From Eubacteriales bacterium (GTDB taxonomy: Bacteria > Bacillota > Clostridia > Lachnospirales > Lachnospiraceae), in assembly GCA_030533405.1 (NCBI GenBank), contig JAUNJF010000002.1:9339-73338 (forward strand): DNA of 64,000 nucleotides, read 5' to 3'. The notes under the pieces were generated by a model, which worked only from the letters and a program-made list of their open reading frames with translations, was not told the DNA's origin and ran no database searches. The position numbers and the translations under genes are program-made. Each line of letters begins with the position of its first letter. Positions within the stretch are counted from its first letter, which is position 1. Shown piece by piece: positions 9,393-18,562 of this stretch.

Positions 9393-11414
9393 CTATTGTA
9401 TGCCTTTTCCCCTAGCACTTGTGCGCAAGCATAAAATTCCAATAGTACTAAAAACAATCGCAACTACCATCATAATAACGCAAGTCATCCCATCAAATTG
9501 TTCTTCTGAAAAAAATGAAATTTTTTCTCCGTAATAAATTAGTAGCACTGCAAATCCATTATTCAAAAAATGCATTAGTGACGATACCACCAAACTTTCA
9601 CTCTGCAAAACCGCATATGCCAAAGCAATACCCAACAGCATGGTCGGAACAAACTTAATCAAACTCATATGACTAAACCCAAACAATACAGAAACCAGCA
9701 AGACGGTTTTAGTCGCATTCATTTTTTCTCTACACGCACTTAAAAGATATCCACGGAACATGATTTCTTCACAAACTGCTGGCATCAGCGCAATCAAGAG
9801 CAAACCACCCCAAAACGGAATTCCATCTAAAATATGTAAATATTCATCATTTAGACTTTGGCTATCTCCTGGAAAAATAGCGGATAGTAACGCACTAATC
9901 AGTAACGATGCACTTCCCACACCAATCCACAAAAAGGCACCACCCACCACATGCCTTATGCCAGGTAATTGTAGTTTAAAAATCTTCTTCGGATATGCTT
10001 TGATGTACACACTTGCTACAATTGGTAGCAATCCAATAAACAATTGTGGAATCACCAATCCTATTTTCGGATGTTTCACAGAGAGCATGCCACCAATATA
10101 AATCATCAGCAACAAAGCAACAACAAGCACCAACAAACCTTCCGCAATCGACGGCACACTTCCTTCTTTAATATTCTGACGTCGTTCGAACAGCTGCACT
10201 CCACTCATCGATTCTCCAAACAAAACCGACTCACTGTTATAGATACTTGCCAAAACACGAACAGAAACTAACGCATAAATGATGTTACTTAACAATACAA
10301 TTAAAATCAAAGAAAAATCATATTTAAACACCAAAAGATTCTTCATCAAAAGACAGATATTCGCAACTGGAATTAATGCTGTTGTAGTTGACAGTTCAAC
10401 ATTCGGAATAAAACCAATATACCCTGTGAAAATTACAACAAGTGTTAATGGTGTAATATAATTATTTGCTTCTTTAAAGCTCTTTGCAAATGCGCATATG
10501 CACATCACAATCGCACTCATAAACAATGCAAACGTCATAACACAAACAAGAGAAATCAAAATTGCAGGAATAAAGGTAGATAAGTGAAACTCCTGCGTCG
10601 TATCAGACAAAGCACTCACCGTAGCATACATGTATGCTGCAACACCACCCATAGAAATGATATTAATCAAAACCGAAACCAGTGCAATGGTTGCAACAGA
10701 CAAAAACTTACTCATAATCAGTTCCATACTACCAATCGGTAAGGTTAACAATGTTTCCATTGTTCCCCTTTCCTTTTCTCCCGCTGTTGCATCAATTGCA
10801 GGATACATCGCTCCCATCAAAATACTCGTGATTAACAGAAACGGAATAATACTTCCTAAAATACTACCAATAGAACTCTCACTGCTCGAGCAATCCGTCA
10901 AAACAGACTTGGATGGATACAACATTTTATCCACATCTAATCCTAACTGCTTCACATTTTGTTCTGACTGATACTTTGCTAACGCATCGATTTCCTTTTC
11001 TAACATATCGCTGACACTGGATGAATCCGTCACAGCAGATAAATAATGTACTTCATAAACGACCTGCGAATCCGTTACCGAAGTCGTTAGATATGCATCT
11101 ACAACTTCATTTTCCAGATCCTTTTTTGCATCCGCTGTTTTCTTTTCAGAAATCTCATAGATTAACCCATCCGAATCCCCAGCTATCCAATCATTGAGTA
11201 GTTCCCGATGCTCCTTTGATACATTTTCATATGCAATGTGATAGCTTTTTTCTTCCTGCGTTGTGATAATCATCGTTGCCACCTGCATCCCAACAAAAAA
11301 CAATAATGGATACAATATCACAGGCAATACAACCATCGTCAATATCGTTTTCTTATCCCGAATCACATCTAATATTTCTTTTTTATAAAGAATTCCAAGT
11401 TGTTTATAATTCAT
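9393..11414 (-). CDS. ABC-2 (NatB-like) permease fused to a C-terminal CPBP/CAAX-type intramembrane protease domain
   Basis: The track ORF is 9393-11525. The start is placed at MNYKQLG (ATG at 11414, GGAGGCG RBS), which overlaps the upstream ATPase stop by 11 nt. The C-terminal third carries the CPBP motifs EEIMFRGYL, FGFSHM and HFLNN. Confidence 0.8.
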   Translation of the reverse strand: MNYKQLGILYKKEILDVIRDKKTILTMVVLPVILYPLLFFVGMQVATMIITTQEEKSYHIAYENVSKEHRELLNDWIAGDSDGLIYEISEKKTADAKKDLENEVVDAYLTTSVTDSQVVYEVHYLSAVTDSSSVSDMLEKEIDALAKYQSEQNVKQLGLDVDKMLYPSKSVLTDCSSSESSIGSILGSIIPFLLITSILMGAMYPAIDATAGEKERGTMETLLTLPIGSMELIMSKFLSVATIALVSVLINIISMGGVAAYMYATVSALSDTTQEFHLSTFIPAILISLVCVMTFALFMSAIVMCICAFAKSFKEANNYITPLTLVVIFTGYIGFIPNVELSTTTALIPVANICLLMKNLLVFKYDFSLILIVLLSNIIYALVSVRVLASIYNSESVLFGESMSGVQLFERRQNIKEGSVPSIAEGLLVLVVALLLMIYIGGMLSVKHPKIGLVIPQLFIGLLPIVASVYIKAYPKKIFKLQLPGIRHVVGGAFLWIGVGSASLLISALLSAIFPGDSQSLNDEYLHILDGIPFWGGLLLIALMPAVCEEIMFRGYLLSACREKMNATKTVLLVSVLFGFSHMSLIKFVPTMLLGIALAYAVLQSESLVVSSLMHFLNNGFAVLLIYYGEKISFFSEEQFDGMTCVIMMVVAIVFSTIGILCLRTSARGKGIQ

Positions 11415-12168
11415 TCTCTTCGCCTCCTTCCATATAGGCAAAGAACGTATCTCGCAAATTAGATGTATTCGTTTCTTTACGCAATTCCTCTGGCGTCCCC
11501 TGGGCAATGACCCTTCCTTTATCAATCATTACAATTCGATCACACAAAAACTCAGCTTCTTCCATATAATGTGTGGAATACAAAACGGTCTTTCCTTTTT
11601 CACGCTCTTCCTTCATAAAATCAATAATCGCCTTAGAACTGATAATATCCAGTCCCAAAGTTGGCTCATCAAATATATAAATATCTGGATCATGCATCAG
11701 ACATCTGGCAATCGATGTTCTCTGCTTTTGACCAGTAGAAAGCTTATCTATCCGATTGTCCACAAAACTCTCCATTTGTAGCAATTGTGTAACCATCTCA
11801 ACACGCTCATTTGCAGCTTCTTTATCATAACCATAAAGCTCTACAAACAAAGAAAGAAGCTCTCGCACGCGAAACCTTCCATACAACTTCGTATTTTCAG
11901 AAAGATAACCAATATGCTTTTTCAATTCCTCTTGCCTGGTCAGCTCCTGATCACCCACTCTGATGCGCACCCCCCCCTCTGTCGGCTGCATCATACATCC
12001 AAGCATTCGAAGGAGCGTGGTTTTTCCAGCACCATTCGGTCCTAGGATTCCCAAAATTTCACCCGAATTTGCTTCAAAATCCACATGGTCAACAGCAAAA
12101 AATGTTTCTTTTTTTCCTTTTCCTTTTACCCTCACAAATTCCTTTGCGAGTCCGTCCGCAATAATCAT
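11404..12168 (-). CDS. ABC transporter ATP-binding protein (NatA-like)
   Basis: It has Walker A (GPNGAGKTT), the signature LSTGQKQR and Walker B (IYIFDEPT). The start is placed at MIIADGL (12168), downstream of the ridA stop. Confidence 0.9.
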   Translation of the reverse strand: MIIADGLAKEFVRVKGKGKKETFFAVDHVDFEANSGEILGILGPNGAGKTTLLRMLGCMMQPTEGGVRIRVGDQELTRQEELKKHIGYLSENTKLYGRFRVRELLSLFVELYGYDKEAANERVEMVTQLLQMESFVDNRIDKLSTGQKQRTSIARCLMHDPDIYIFDEPTLGLDIISSKAIIDFMKEEREKGKTVLYSTHYMEEAEFLCDRIVMIDKGRVIAQGTPEELRKETNTSNLRDTFFAYMEGGEENEL

Positions 12169-12214
12169 TCCACAGTTCCTGCCTTTCCAGTCTCTCCTTC
12201 TATGCTGTTTCGTC

Positions 12215-12601
12215 TTATTTTTCTTTGATTGCAATCGCTTCCATTTCAATTAAAACATCCTTTGGAAGTCTTGCAACTTCTACACAAGAACGTGCCGGAA
12301 ATACACCTGTAAAATAATTTGCATAAATCTCATTTAATGCAGCAAAATCGTTCATATCTTTAATAAACACTGTCGTCTTTACCACACTCTCACAGCTTGC
12401 ACCTGCAGCTTCTAACAAAGCCTTCATACTATCAAATACACGTGTTGCCTGCACTTTAATATCTCCCTCAACAACAACACCTGTCTCTGGATCAATCGGT
12501 ACAACACCTGATGTATAAACCATTCCATTTACCTCAATCGCCTGTGAATATGGTCCAATTGCCTGTGGTGCCCGATCTGTCTTAATCTGATTTTTCTTCA
12601 T
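12215..12601 (-). CDS. ridA: RidA/YjgF-family reactive enamine/imine deaminase
   Basis: This 128-aa protein has [12 protein letters not shown] ... [22 protein letters not shown], the typical YjgF/RidA signature. Confidence 0.88.
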   Translation of the reverse strand: MKKNQIKTDRAPQAIGPYSQAIEVNGMVYTSGVVPIDPETGVVVEGDIKVQATRVFDSMKALLEAAGASCESVVKTTVFIKDMNDFAALNEIYANYFTGVFPARSCVEVARLPKDVLIEMEAIAIKEK

Positions 12602-12629
12602 GATAAATCCTCCTCGTTAATATATAACT

Positions 12630-12684
12630 AGTAGATTATTGTACAACTTTCAACAACCTAAATTGAGTCTTACAATAATCTACT
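12630..12684 (-). repeat. intercistronic hairpin repeat, short copy (E2)
   Basis: Arms 12630-12648 and 12666-12684 pair at 17 of 19 positions. The right arm overlaps the cvfB stop codon. It shares the flank CGTT(T)AATATATA and the 11-mer CTAAATTGAGT with the element at 41334-41449. Confidence 0.6.
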
Positions 12685-13513
12685 TAACATTTATTGTTTT
12701 TTCCTTGATTTCAATCTTACCCTGCTTTAATAAACGTCCAATTGCACGCTTAAATGCATTTTTACTAAGTCCCATCTCTCGTTCAATAATCTCCGGAGAC
12801 GCTTTATCTGTAAATGGCAAAACGCCATCATATGACAAAATTGCCTGATAAACCATTTCACTATCTTCATCCATCTGCTGATAAGCAGGTTTTGTTAACG
12901 ACAAATTCATTTTGCCATCCTCACGAACACTAGATACACGTAAATCAAGCACATCGCCAACTCTTAATTTCTTATGAAGTTCCTGTTTCGGAATCAGTCC
13001 CTGATACTTGTTATCCACCGCAACAAATGCGCCAAAGCTTTCATTGATCTGGTACACATACCCCTGCACGGCATCTCCCTTTTGATAACTTCCATCTGTG
13101 GATAAATGTTCATAAAGCTTCATACTCACACATGGGCGATGACTCTTATCCATATACATGTATACTAAATATTCATTACCCTCGCGTACTTTTCCAACCA
13201 TTTCCTTAAATGGTAATAAAATATCCTTTTCGAGGCCCCAATCCATAAAGGCTCCAATACTTCCTACACTCGCTACTTTTAATTTCGCAATCTGTCCTAG
13301 TGTAATCAGCGGCTTATTCACAGTCGCAATTGGACGATCTGATGAATCAAGATATACAAACACTTCAATCTCACCACCAGCTTTCAAGCCTTCTGGCACC
13401 TGTTTTCTCGGAAGCAAAACTGCATCCTTATCACCTTGATTTTCCGCCAAATATACACCAAACTCTTTTCCGCGAACCACGGTAAGGGTCTGCCATTTTC
13501 CAATTTCTATCAT
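12680..13513 (-). CDS. cvfB: CvfB/YitL-family S1-domain RNA-binding protein
   Basis: It is 277 aa with three S1-like repeats (GVYL...LLP, GAFMDWGLEKDILLP, GAFVAVDNKYQGLIP) and a C-terminal winged-helix region (MGLSKNAFKRAIGRLLKQGKI). Confidence 0.8.
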   Translation of the reverse strand: MIEIGKWQTLTVVRGKEFGVYLAENQGDKDAVLLPRKQVPEGLKAGGEIEVFVYLDSSDRPIATVNKPLITLGQIAKLKVASVGSIGAFMDWGLEKDILLPFKEMVGKVREGNEYLVYMYMDKSHRPCVSMKLYEHLSTDGSYQKGDAVQGYVYQINESFGAFVAVDNKYQGLIPKQELHKKLRVGDVLDLRVSSVREDGKMNLSLTKPAYQQMDEDSEMVYQAILSYDGVLPFTDKASPEIIEREMGLSKNAFKRAIGRLLKQGKIEIKEKTINVK

Positions 13514-13537
13514 ATTCTCTCCTATCTCTTCCTTTTC

Positions 13538-14254
13538 CTACATCATTTCCATAATTACATATGGTTGCTGTTGTTCATCCTCAAAAACAATCTGCTCACA
13601 ATCCCCACCACAATATACAACCGGAATCATGTAGTCACCAAGCGTTGCTGCTTTTCGATAATCCACACGCATTTTTGTAATCGCTTCCGGATTCTGAACA
13701 TACTCCATCGCCTCTGTCACATATCGTCCATTATTCACATGAGAATTGGAATCAATAAAGGAACGCCTCACACGAATCGCATCGTACCTCTGCATCGACG
13801 CGGCCTCAGCTTCCTGCATCACTTTAATCTTTCTCGGTGCATATTCCATATCGAGTGCAGGACTCATCTCGTATCCTTCTACGTCTTCAGGCTCTGGCTT
13901 CATCGGACGAAGATTTTCTACATCCATAAAAATCCATATTGAATTTGCCCTTGCGATTTGTTCACCCTGTTCATCCAAAATTTCAAAATTTCGATATCCA
14001 TATAAACCCTTAAAGTCATGCGGCCACGTTCTCACTCGAATCCGTTCTCCATACGAAGGATAACGAACAACTTCTATCTGCCAACTTGAGAGGAACCACG
14101 CCCTTCGATTGTCTTCTAAATTTCTGACTCCTTTTCCAATAGAATCAGAATGAAACAACGTACAGTCCTGAAAAAAATGTGTCAACATTGCCATATCAAC
14201 CAATAGATTCTGACCTACTTGAGAATATGTAATTTGCCTCGTCATTTCAAACAT
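13538..14254 (-). CDS. acyl-ACP thioesterase
   Basis: This 238-aa double hot-dog protein has the segments WFLSSWQIEVVRYP and IARANSIWIFMD, which are characteristic of Acyl-ACP_TE. Confidence 0.75.
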   Translation of the reverse strand: MFEMTRQITYSQVGQNLLVDMAMLTHFFQDCTLFHSDSIGKGVRNLEDNRRAWFLSSWQIEVVRYPSYGERIRVRTWPHDFKGLYGYRNFEILDEQGEQIARANSIWIFMDVENLRPMKPEPEDVEGYEMSPALDMEYAPRKIKVMQEAEAASMQRYDAIRVRRSFIDSNSHVNNGRYVTEAMEYVQNPEAITKMRVDYRKAATLGDYMIPVVYCGGDCEQIVFEDEQQQPYVIMEMM

Positions 14255-14333
14255 TTGTTATACCGTCCTCTTATTCATTTACAGTATCTTTCATTATACC
14301 CTAAACTTCTTCCATTGGGTATCCCCTTTTTCT

Positions 14334-14933
14334 CTATTCTTGTCTTACTGTTTGTATAAATGTTTTGATTTTTTCGAAATCCTTCTTTCCATCTGTTTCT
14401 ACACCAGAGCTTACATCCACTGCATATGGCATCGTTGCCTGCATTGCAGACCTCACATTTGCAGTATCCAAGCCCCCCGCTAAAAAGAAAGGTCTACGCA
14501 CATCCTGAATCAGACTCCAGTCAAAGGTTTCCCCTTGTCCCAATCCTCCGTCTAACAACAAATAATCACAAGGAAATTCCATGGCACGTGCCGCATCTTC
14601 TTTCGAGCGAACCACAAATGCCTTGATAATTGGTTTATCAGAATGTGCACGAATCCTTGCTACATATTCCTGCGTTTCATTTCCATGTAACTGTGCAATC
14701 TGGATGACATCATCCTCCAATAACTGAATAACCTGTTCCACTGGTGCATCCACAAAAACACCAACCGCTAAAATATCAGAATCCAATTGCTCTCGCAACC
14801 GCTTCGCCTGTGCAGGAGAAACATATCGTTTTCGCCCCTCTAAAAAAACAAATCCAATATAATCAGGCTTACAGGCATTCACATATTCCACATCCTGTTC
14901 TGATTTTAATCCACAGATTTTAATTTTTGTCAT
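14334..14933 (-). CDS. trpF: phosphoribosylanthranilate isomerase
   Basis: It contains MTKIKICGLKS...DYIGFVF...QLHGNE...LLDGG...FLAGGL, the TrpF pattern. Its start overlaps the trpC stop by 4 nt. Confidence 0.9.
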   Translation of the reverse strand: MTKIKICGLKSEQDVEYVNACKPDYIGFVFLEGRKRYVSPAQAKRLREQLDSDILAVGVFVDAPVEQVIQLLEDDVIQIAQLHGNETQEYVARIRAHSDKPIIKAFVVRSKEDAARAMEFPCDYLLLDGGLGQGETFDWSLIQDVRRPFFLAGGLDTANVRSAMQATMPYAVDVSSGVETDGKKDFEKIKTFIQTVRQE

Positions 14934-15736
14934 GATGCATCCTTCTTTCCGCGCAATTCATCCAACATTGCTTTCTTGTCCGCAGCACGCATCAAAGTCT
15001 CACCAATCAAGACTGCGCTAACATTTGCCTCTTCCAAAACAACAATATCCTCACGACATTTTATTCCACTTTCTGCCACAAACAATACATCATCCGGAAC
15101 CAGGCTTCTTAGCTTTTTACTATTTTCAACATCCACAGTAAAATTCTTCAAATTACGATTGTTCACGCCAATGATTCTTGCGCCTGCTCTTAATGCTGCT
15201 TGAATTTCTTCCTCGTCGTGCGCCTCAACTAAAGCCGATAAGCCCAATGTGTCACAAATCTCAATATAACGTTTGATTGTTGCTTCTGGAAGCAGTGAAC
15301 AAATCAGCAATACTGCACTCGCACCTAATAATTTCGCTTCATAAATCATGTATTCATCCACTGTAAAATCCTTACGGATGCAAGGAATGGAAACCGTATC
15401 CGTAATCTCCTTCAAATACTCATTTTTCCCTAAAAACCACTTTGGCTCTGTTAAAACAGAAATACATGCAGCACCCGCTTTTTCATAGTCTTTTGCAATA
15501 TCTAAATAAGGGAACTCCTCTGCAATCACACCTTTAGACGGAGATGCTTTTTTGCATTCACAAATAAATTGAATTCCGTCTTTTGCTAACGCCTTTTCAA
15601 ATGGAAATCCAGTATCACCAGGCATCGCAAGTGCAAGTTCCTTCATCTTTTCCAACGAAATTTCTTTTTTTGATTTCTCTACTCGAATTCTCGTAGCATC
15701 CGCAATCGTATTTAATATATTTGACACACTATTCAC
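14930..15736 (-). CDS. trpC: indole-3-glycerol phosphate synthase
   Basis: It is 268 aa with the motifs FICECKKASPSKG, CIRKDF, GVNNRNL and VAESGI. Confidence 0.92.
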   Translation of the reverse strand: MNSVSNILNTIADATRIRVEKSKKEISLEKMKELALAMPGDTGFPFEKALAKDGIQFICECKKASPSKGVIAEEFPYLDIAKDYEKAGAACISVLTEPKWFLGKNEYLKEITDTVSIPCIRKDFTVDEYMIYEAKLLGASAVLLICSLLPEATIKRYIEICDTLGLSALVEAHDEEEIQAALRAGARIIGVNNRNLKNFTVDVENSKKLRSLVPDDVLFVAESGIKCREDIVVLEEANVSAVLIGETLMRAADKKAMLDELRGKKDAS

Positions 15737-15784
15737 CTTATCCTTCCTAATCTAAACATCAAATAATTACATTTATTTCAGCAA

Positions 15785-15829
15785 CCAAAAAACGAATTGC
15801 TGTACATACCAAATATATGCACAGCAATT
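15785..15829 (-). terminator. terminator-like hairpin between trpD and trpC
   Basis: The minus strand reads ATTGCTGT GCATATATTTGGTATGT ACAGCAAT followed by TCGTTTTTTGG, an 8-bp stem with a U-run. It sits inside the 103-nt trpD-trpC gap. Confidence 0.45.
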
Positions 15830-15839
15830 ATCACACTTT

Positions 15840-16859
15840 TTATCGATTACTAACCGCAATAAACTCTTCTAATTTTGCAATTGCGCTACCATTGTCAATC
15901 AACTCTCCTGCAAGCTTCACACCATCCTGGAATGTATCTGCCTTTCCAGCAATATATAAGGAAGCACCTGCATTTAATAATACTGCGTTACGTTTTGGTC
16001 CACGGTCTTCACCCTTCAATATACCAAGTGTAATCTTTGCATTCTCTGCCGGTTCTCCACCAACCAAATCCTCTTTCTTACAAGTTTCAAATCCGAAATC
16101 TTCCGGCGTAATCGTATAAGACTTGAATTCTCCTCCACCAAATTCACAAATAAATGTCGGAGCACTCATGGAAATCTCATCCAACTTATCTTCTCCATAT
16201 ACAACCATTCCTCGTTTTACACCCATATTACTCAAAACATGTGCCAAATGTTCTACCAAAGACTTGTCATATACACCCAACAACTGATATACAGGTGTTG
16301 CAGGATTTGTTAAAGGTCCCAAAATATTAAATACGGTTCGAATACCTAATTCTCTACGAATAGCACCAACATATTTCATGGAAGTGTGATATTTTTGAGC
16401 GAAGAAGAAACAAATTCCAATCTCCTTTAAAAGTTCAACACATTTTTCTGGCTCTAAATCAAGATTCACACCTAATACTTCCAAACAATCAGCAGTTCCA
16501 CATTTTGAAGATGCAGCACGATTACCATGCTTTGCAACCTTTACACCACCTGCAGCCATTACCATAGCTGATGTTGTAGAAATATTGAAACTATGTGCAT
16601 TATCTCCACCTGTACCAACAATTTCCATAACTTCCATATCGTGTTCAACCTTAAGTGCATGTTCTCTCATCGCAGCTGCACAACCTGCTATCTCATCAAT
16701 GGTTTCTGCCTTTGTACTTTTGGTTGATAGTGCTGCCAAAAATGCAGCATTTTGTGTTGGTGTTGTTTCACCGTTCATAATCTCATTCATAACAGTATAC
16801 GCTTCGTCGTACGTTAAATCCTGTTTGTCTACAATTTTTACAATCGCTTCTTGAATCAT
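15840..16859 (-). CDS. trpD: anthranilate phosphoribosyltransferase
   Basis: It is 339 aa with the motifs [17 protein letters not shown](T)AD and NILGPLTNP. Confidence 0.93.
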   Translation of the reverse strand: MIQEAIVKIVDKQDLTYDEAYTVMNEIMNGETTPTQNAAFLAALSTKSTKAETIDEIAGCAAAMREHALKVEHDMEVMEIVGTGGDNAHSFNISTTSAMVMAAGGVKVAKHGNRAASSKCGTADCLEVLGVNLDLEPEKCVELLKEIGICFFFAQKYHTSMKYVGAIRRELGIRTVFNILGPLTNPATPVYQLLGVYDKSLVEHLAHVLSNMGVKRGMVVYGEDKLDEISMSAPTFICEFGGGEFKSYTITPEDFGFETCKKEDLVGGEPAENAKITLGILKGEDRGPKRNAVLLNAGASLYIAGKADTFQDGVKLAGELIDNGSAIAKLEEFIAVSNR

Positions 16860-16940
16860 TTCCTAATCCTCTCTTTCTTTAACCTTTACCTATAAGCATC
16901 CATTCTGTCAAAGAAATATCACAAAAAAACTTTTCTTAAA

Positions 16941-17225
16941 CACAAAAAGTCCTTGACAGAAACAAATCTGTCAAGGACGAATTCTCTATAATCCGCGGTG
17001 CCACCTTGATTCACAGCTATTGCTGCACGCTTATTAGAATACTAACATATTCCTGACAACTGACGTGTGCCCTACGTTGCAGAATACTCAGCGAATTGTT
17101 CGCCTTTGACTGCACCCTCCGCGGTCCATTTGATAACTTGTTTTCCACCTGTTCTCAGCTAATCAGGCTCTCTGTAGGAGCATCATTACCTTTATCTCCG
17201 CTTCAACGGTTTACCCTGTTAAATT
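16941..17225 (-). promoter_or_regulatory. T-box leader with Trp (UGG) specifier, including its terminator
   Basis: On the minus strand I see the AGAGAG box, a GCTGAGA distal-loop motif and the specifier context AAA-TGG-A (TGG at 17128-17126). The T-box sequence AATCAAGGTGGCACCGCGG lies at 17010-16991. The terminator GTCCTTGACAG...CTGTCAAGGAC plus TTTTTGTG lies at 16978-16941. Confidence 0.85.
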
Positions 17226-17231
17226 GAATAT

Positions 17232-17260
17232 ATCATAGCATACTCGCCCAATCATGTCAA
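17232..17260 (-). promoter_or_regulatory. sigma-A promoter of the trp T-box leader
   Basis: The minus strand reads TTGACA, a 17-nt spacer, then TATGAT. Confidence 0.6.
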
Positions 17261-17295
17261 CGAAATATAAATTTCAACTTTTTTAATTTTTAGTA

Positions 17296-17323
17296 TTGAC
17301 TTTCTTTCCAGAATGTGTATAAT
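17296..17323 (+). promoter_or_regulatory. sigma-A promoter of tRNA-Gln
   Basis: It reads TTGACT, a 16-nt spacer, then TATAAT with TGTG just upstream. It is divergent from the T-box promoter. Confidence 0.6.
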
Positions 17324-17352
17324 AATGATTTGTGAGCAACAAAGCTTACTAA

Positions 17353-17424
17353 TGGGGTATCGCCAAATGGTAAGGCAACGGACTCTGACTCCGTCATTTC
17401 AAGGTTCGAATCCTTGTACCCCAG
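17353..17424 (+). tRNA. tRNA-Gln (anticodon CUG)
   Basis: I folded the cloverleaf by hand. Acceptor TGGGGTA pairs with TACCCCA, the anticodon stem is ACGGA/TCCGT, the loop is CT-CTG-AC, the T arm is CAAGG-TTCGAAT-CCTTG, and the discriminator is G. No CCA is encoded. Confidence 0.9.
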
Positions 17425-17426
17425 TA

Positions 17427-17460
17427 TAAAAAGAGTAACTCGGTGAGTTACTCTTTTTTC
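17427..17460. terminator. bidirectional rho-independent terminator (tRNA-Gln and the WYL gene converge on it)
   Basis: AAGAGTAACTC and GAGTTACTCTT form an 11-bp stem. It is flanked by an A-run on the left and a T-run on the right. Confidence 0.75.
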
Positions 17461-17535
17461 TTTTTAGCAAAGTCCTCTATTTTTATCAAGATTACAAATG
17501 ACATCGGCAATTGCATTACCGATGATTCCCGCTTG

Positions 17536-18525
17536 TCATCCCAACATTTTCTTCGCCTCTTCTAATAATTGTGTTGCAAGCCATTCTGGTTTTTGCACCT
17601 TCACGTCCGCTCCAAAGCCTCTTACCCACCGAATCACATCTGGTGTAATTGCTGTCTGCGCATAGAAATGTAATCCTTCCGAGTCTTCCTGCATTTTTTC
17701 ACTTTTATTCGCCTCATATTCCTTTACATATCGAATTGCATCTCCCTGAAATAAAAGCGATAATTCTTCAACCCGACCACCCCTTAAACGGGATAAAGAA
17801 TCATTTTCCTGCAACGCCTGCATTTCAGTATTTTCAAACTTTTCATCCAACATAACAAGCGACTGCATTCTCGAAAGACGGAATCTACGAATCTCTTTTC
17901 TCAACTCACAATATCCTTCCAGACAAAGATTGGCATCAATCAAAAGCAAACGATACGGATGTACAATTCGCTCTGTAGAAGAATCACTCGAAAAACTATA
18001 ATAATCTATCTTTATTTTATTCTGGTTATCAATCGCTGTTTGAATCGACTTTTCAATCTTCTCATCTACAACACCTTTACTGATCCCAACAGTATCCATT
18101 TGTTTCACATGTTTTCCCAACATTTCAAACTGTAATCGGTTTAGAGATGTAGACTGTTCTACCATGCGATCAATAAATGTAATTGCATGTTTCCCCATAC
18201 TAAGATGACTATATTCCTTTAACATCTCTTTGGCAAATGCCAACGAAGCCAAGTCCTCAATCGTGAAATCTACATTTTTCAATGTATACTTATCTGCAAA
18301 ATAATAGGTTTTTCCTCCGCGCTCATCCTCACCAATTCCATAATTCAGTGATAATTCATCGATATCACGCATAATGGTTCGCTTACTTACCTCAATATTC
18401 CAATTCAGTAATCGTTGTCGAATCTCCTCAACCTGATATCCCTGTGGATTCTCCGACAATAACGATAATATATATATCTGTCTCTGCGACACAGACATTT
18501 CTTTTCCACCCATCATATCTGACAT
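17536..18525 (-). CDS. HTH plus WYL-domain transcriptional regulator
   Basis: The track ORF is 17536-18579. The start is placed at MSDMMGG (ATG at 18525, AGGAGGAA 7 nt upstream). It has an N-terminal wHTH (SQRQIYILSLLSENPQGYQVEEIRQRL...SKRTIMRDIDEL). The central WYL-type segment is KIKIDYYSFSSDSSTERIVHPYRLLLIDANLCLEGYCELRKEIRRFRLSRM. Confidence 0.75.
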   Translation of the reverse strand: MSDMMGGKEMSVSQRQIYILSLLSENPQGYQVEEIRQRLLNWNIEVSKRTIMRDIDELSLNYGIGEDERGGKTYYFADKYTLKNVDFTIEDLASLAFAKEMLKEYSHLSMGKHAITFIDRMVEQSTSLNRLQFEMLGKHVKQMDTVGISKGVVDEKIEKSIQTAIDNQNKIKIDYYSFSSDSSTERIVHPYRLLLIDANLCLEGYCELRKEIRRFRLSRMQSLVMLDEKFENTEMQALQENDSLSRLRGGRVEELSLLFQGDAIRYVKEYEANKSEKMQEDSEGLHFYAQTAITPDVIRWVRGFGADVKVQKPEWLATQLLEEAKKMLG

Positions 18526-18562
18526 TTCTCTTCCTCCTGTTAATATGTAATGACATTTGCAA

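Noticed and set aside
9393-11525. N-terminal extensions of several track ORFs (9393-11525, 11404-12249, 17536-18579, 62294-63397, 51982-52665, 57682-59016, 24302-25621, 41888-42382 and others)
   Set aside because: The extensions overlap the upstream gene or lack an RBS. An internal ATG with a strong GGAGG-type RBS gives the conserved family N-terminus. The track also translates TTG and GTG as M.
13436-13942. Long antisense ORFs in the track (for example 13436-13942, 18875-19438, 19489-20004, 4827-5201, 56228-56650, 40662-41030)
   Set aside because: Each lies fully inside or opposite a well-supported minus-strand gene. They lack an RBS and translate to low-complexity Ser/Leu/Phe/His-rich strings typical of shadow frames.
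17353-17424. tRNA-Gln as an integration hotspot
   Set aside because: There is no integrase, no direct repeat of the tRNA 3' end, and no compositional break in the flanking sequence that I could see.
17536-18525. The WYL regulator as a marker of a phage-defence island
   Set aside because: No nuclease, helicase, methyltransferase, TIR/SIR2, CBASS or BREX-type gene, and no mobile-element gene, lies within 10 kb. The neighbours are MoxR/DUF58/transglutaminase/GH3 genes and a tRNA without an integrase.
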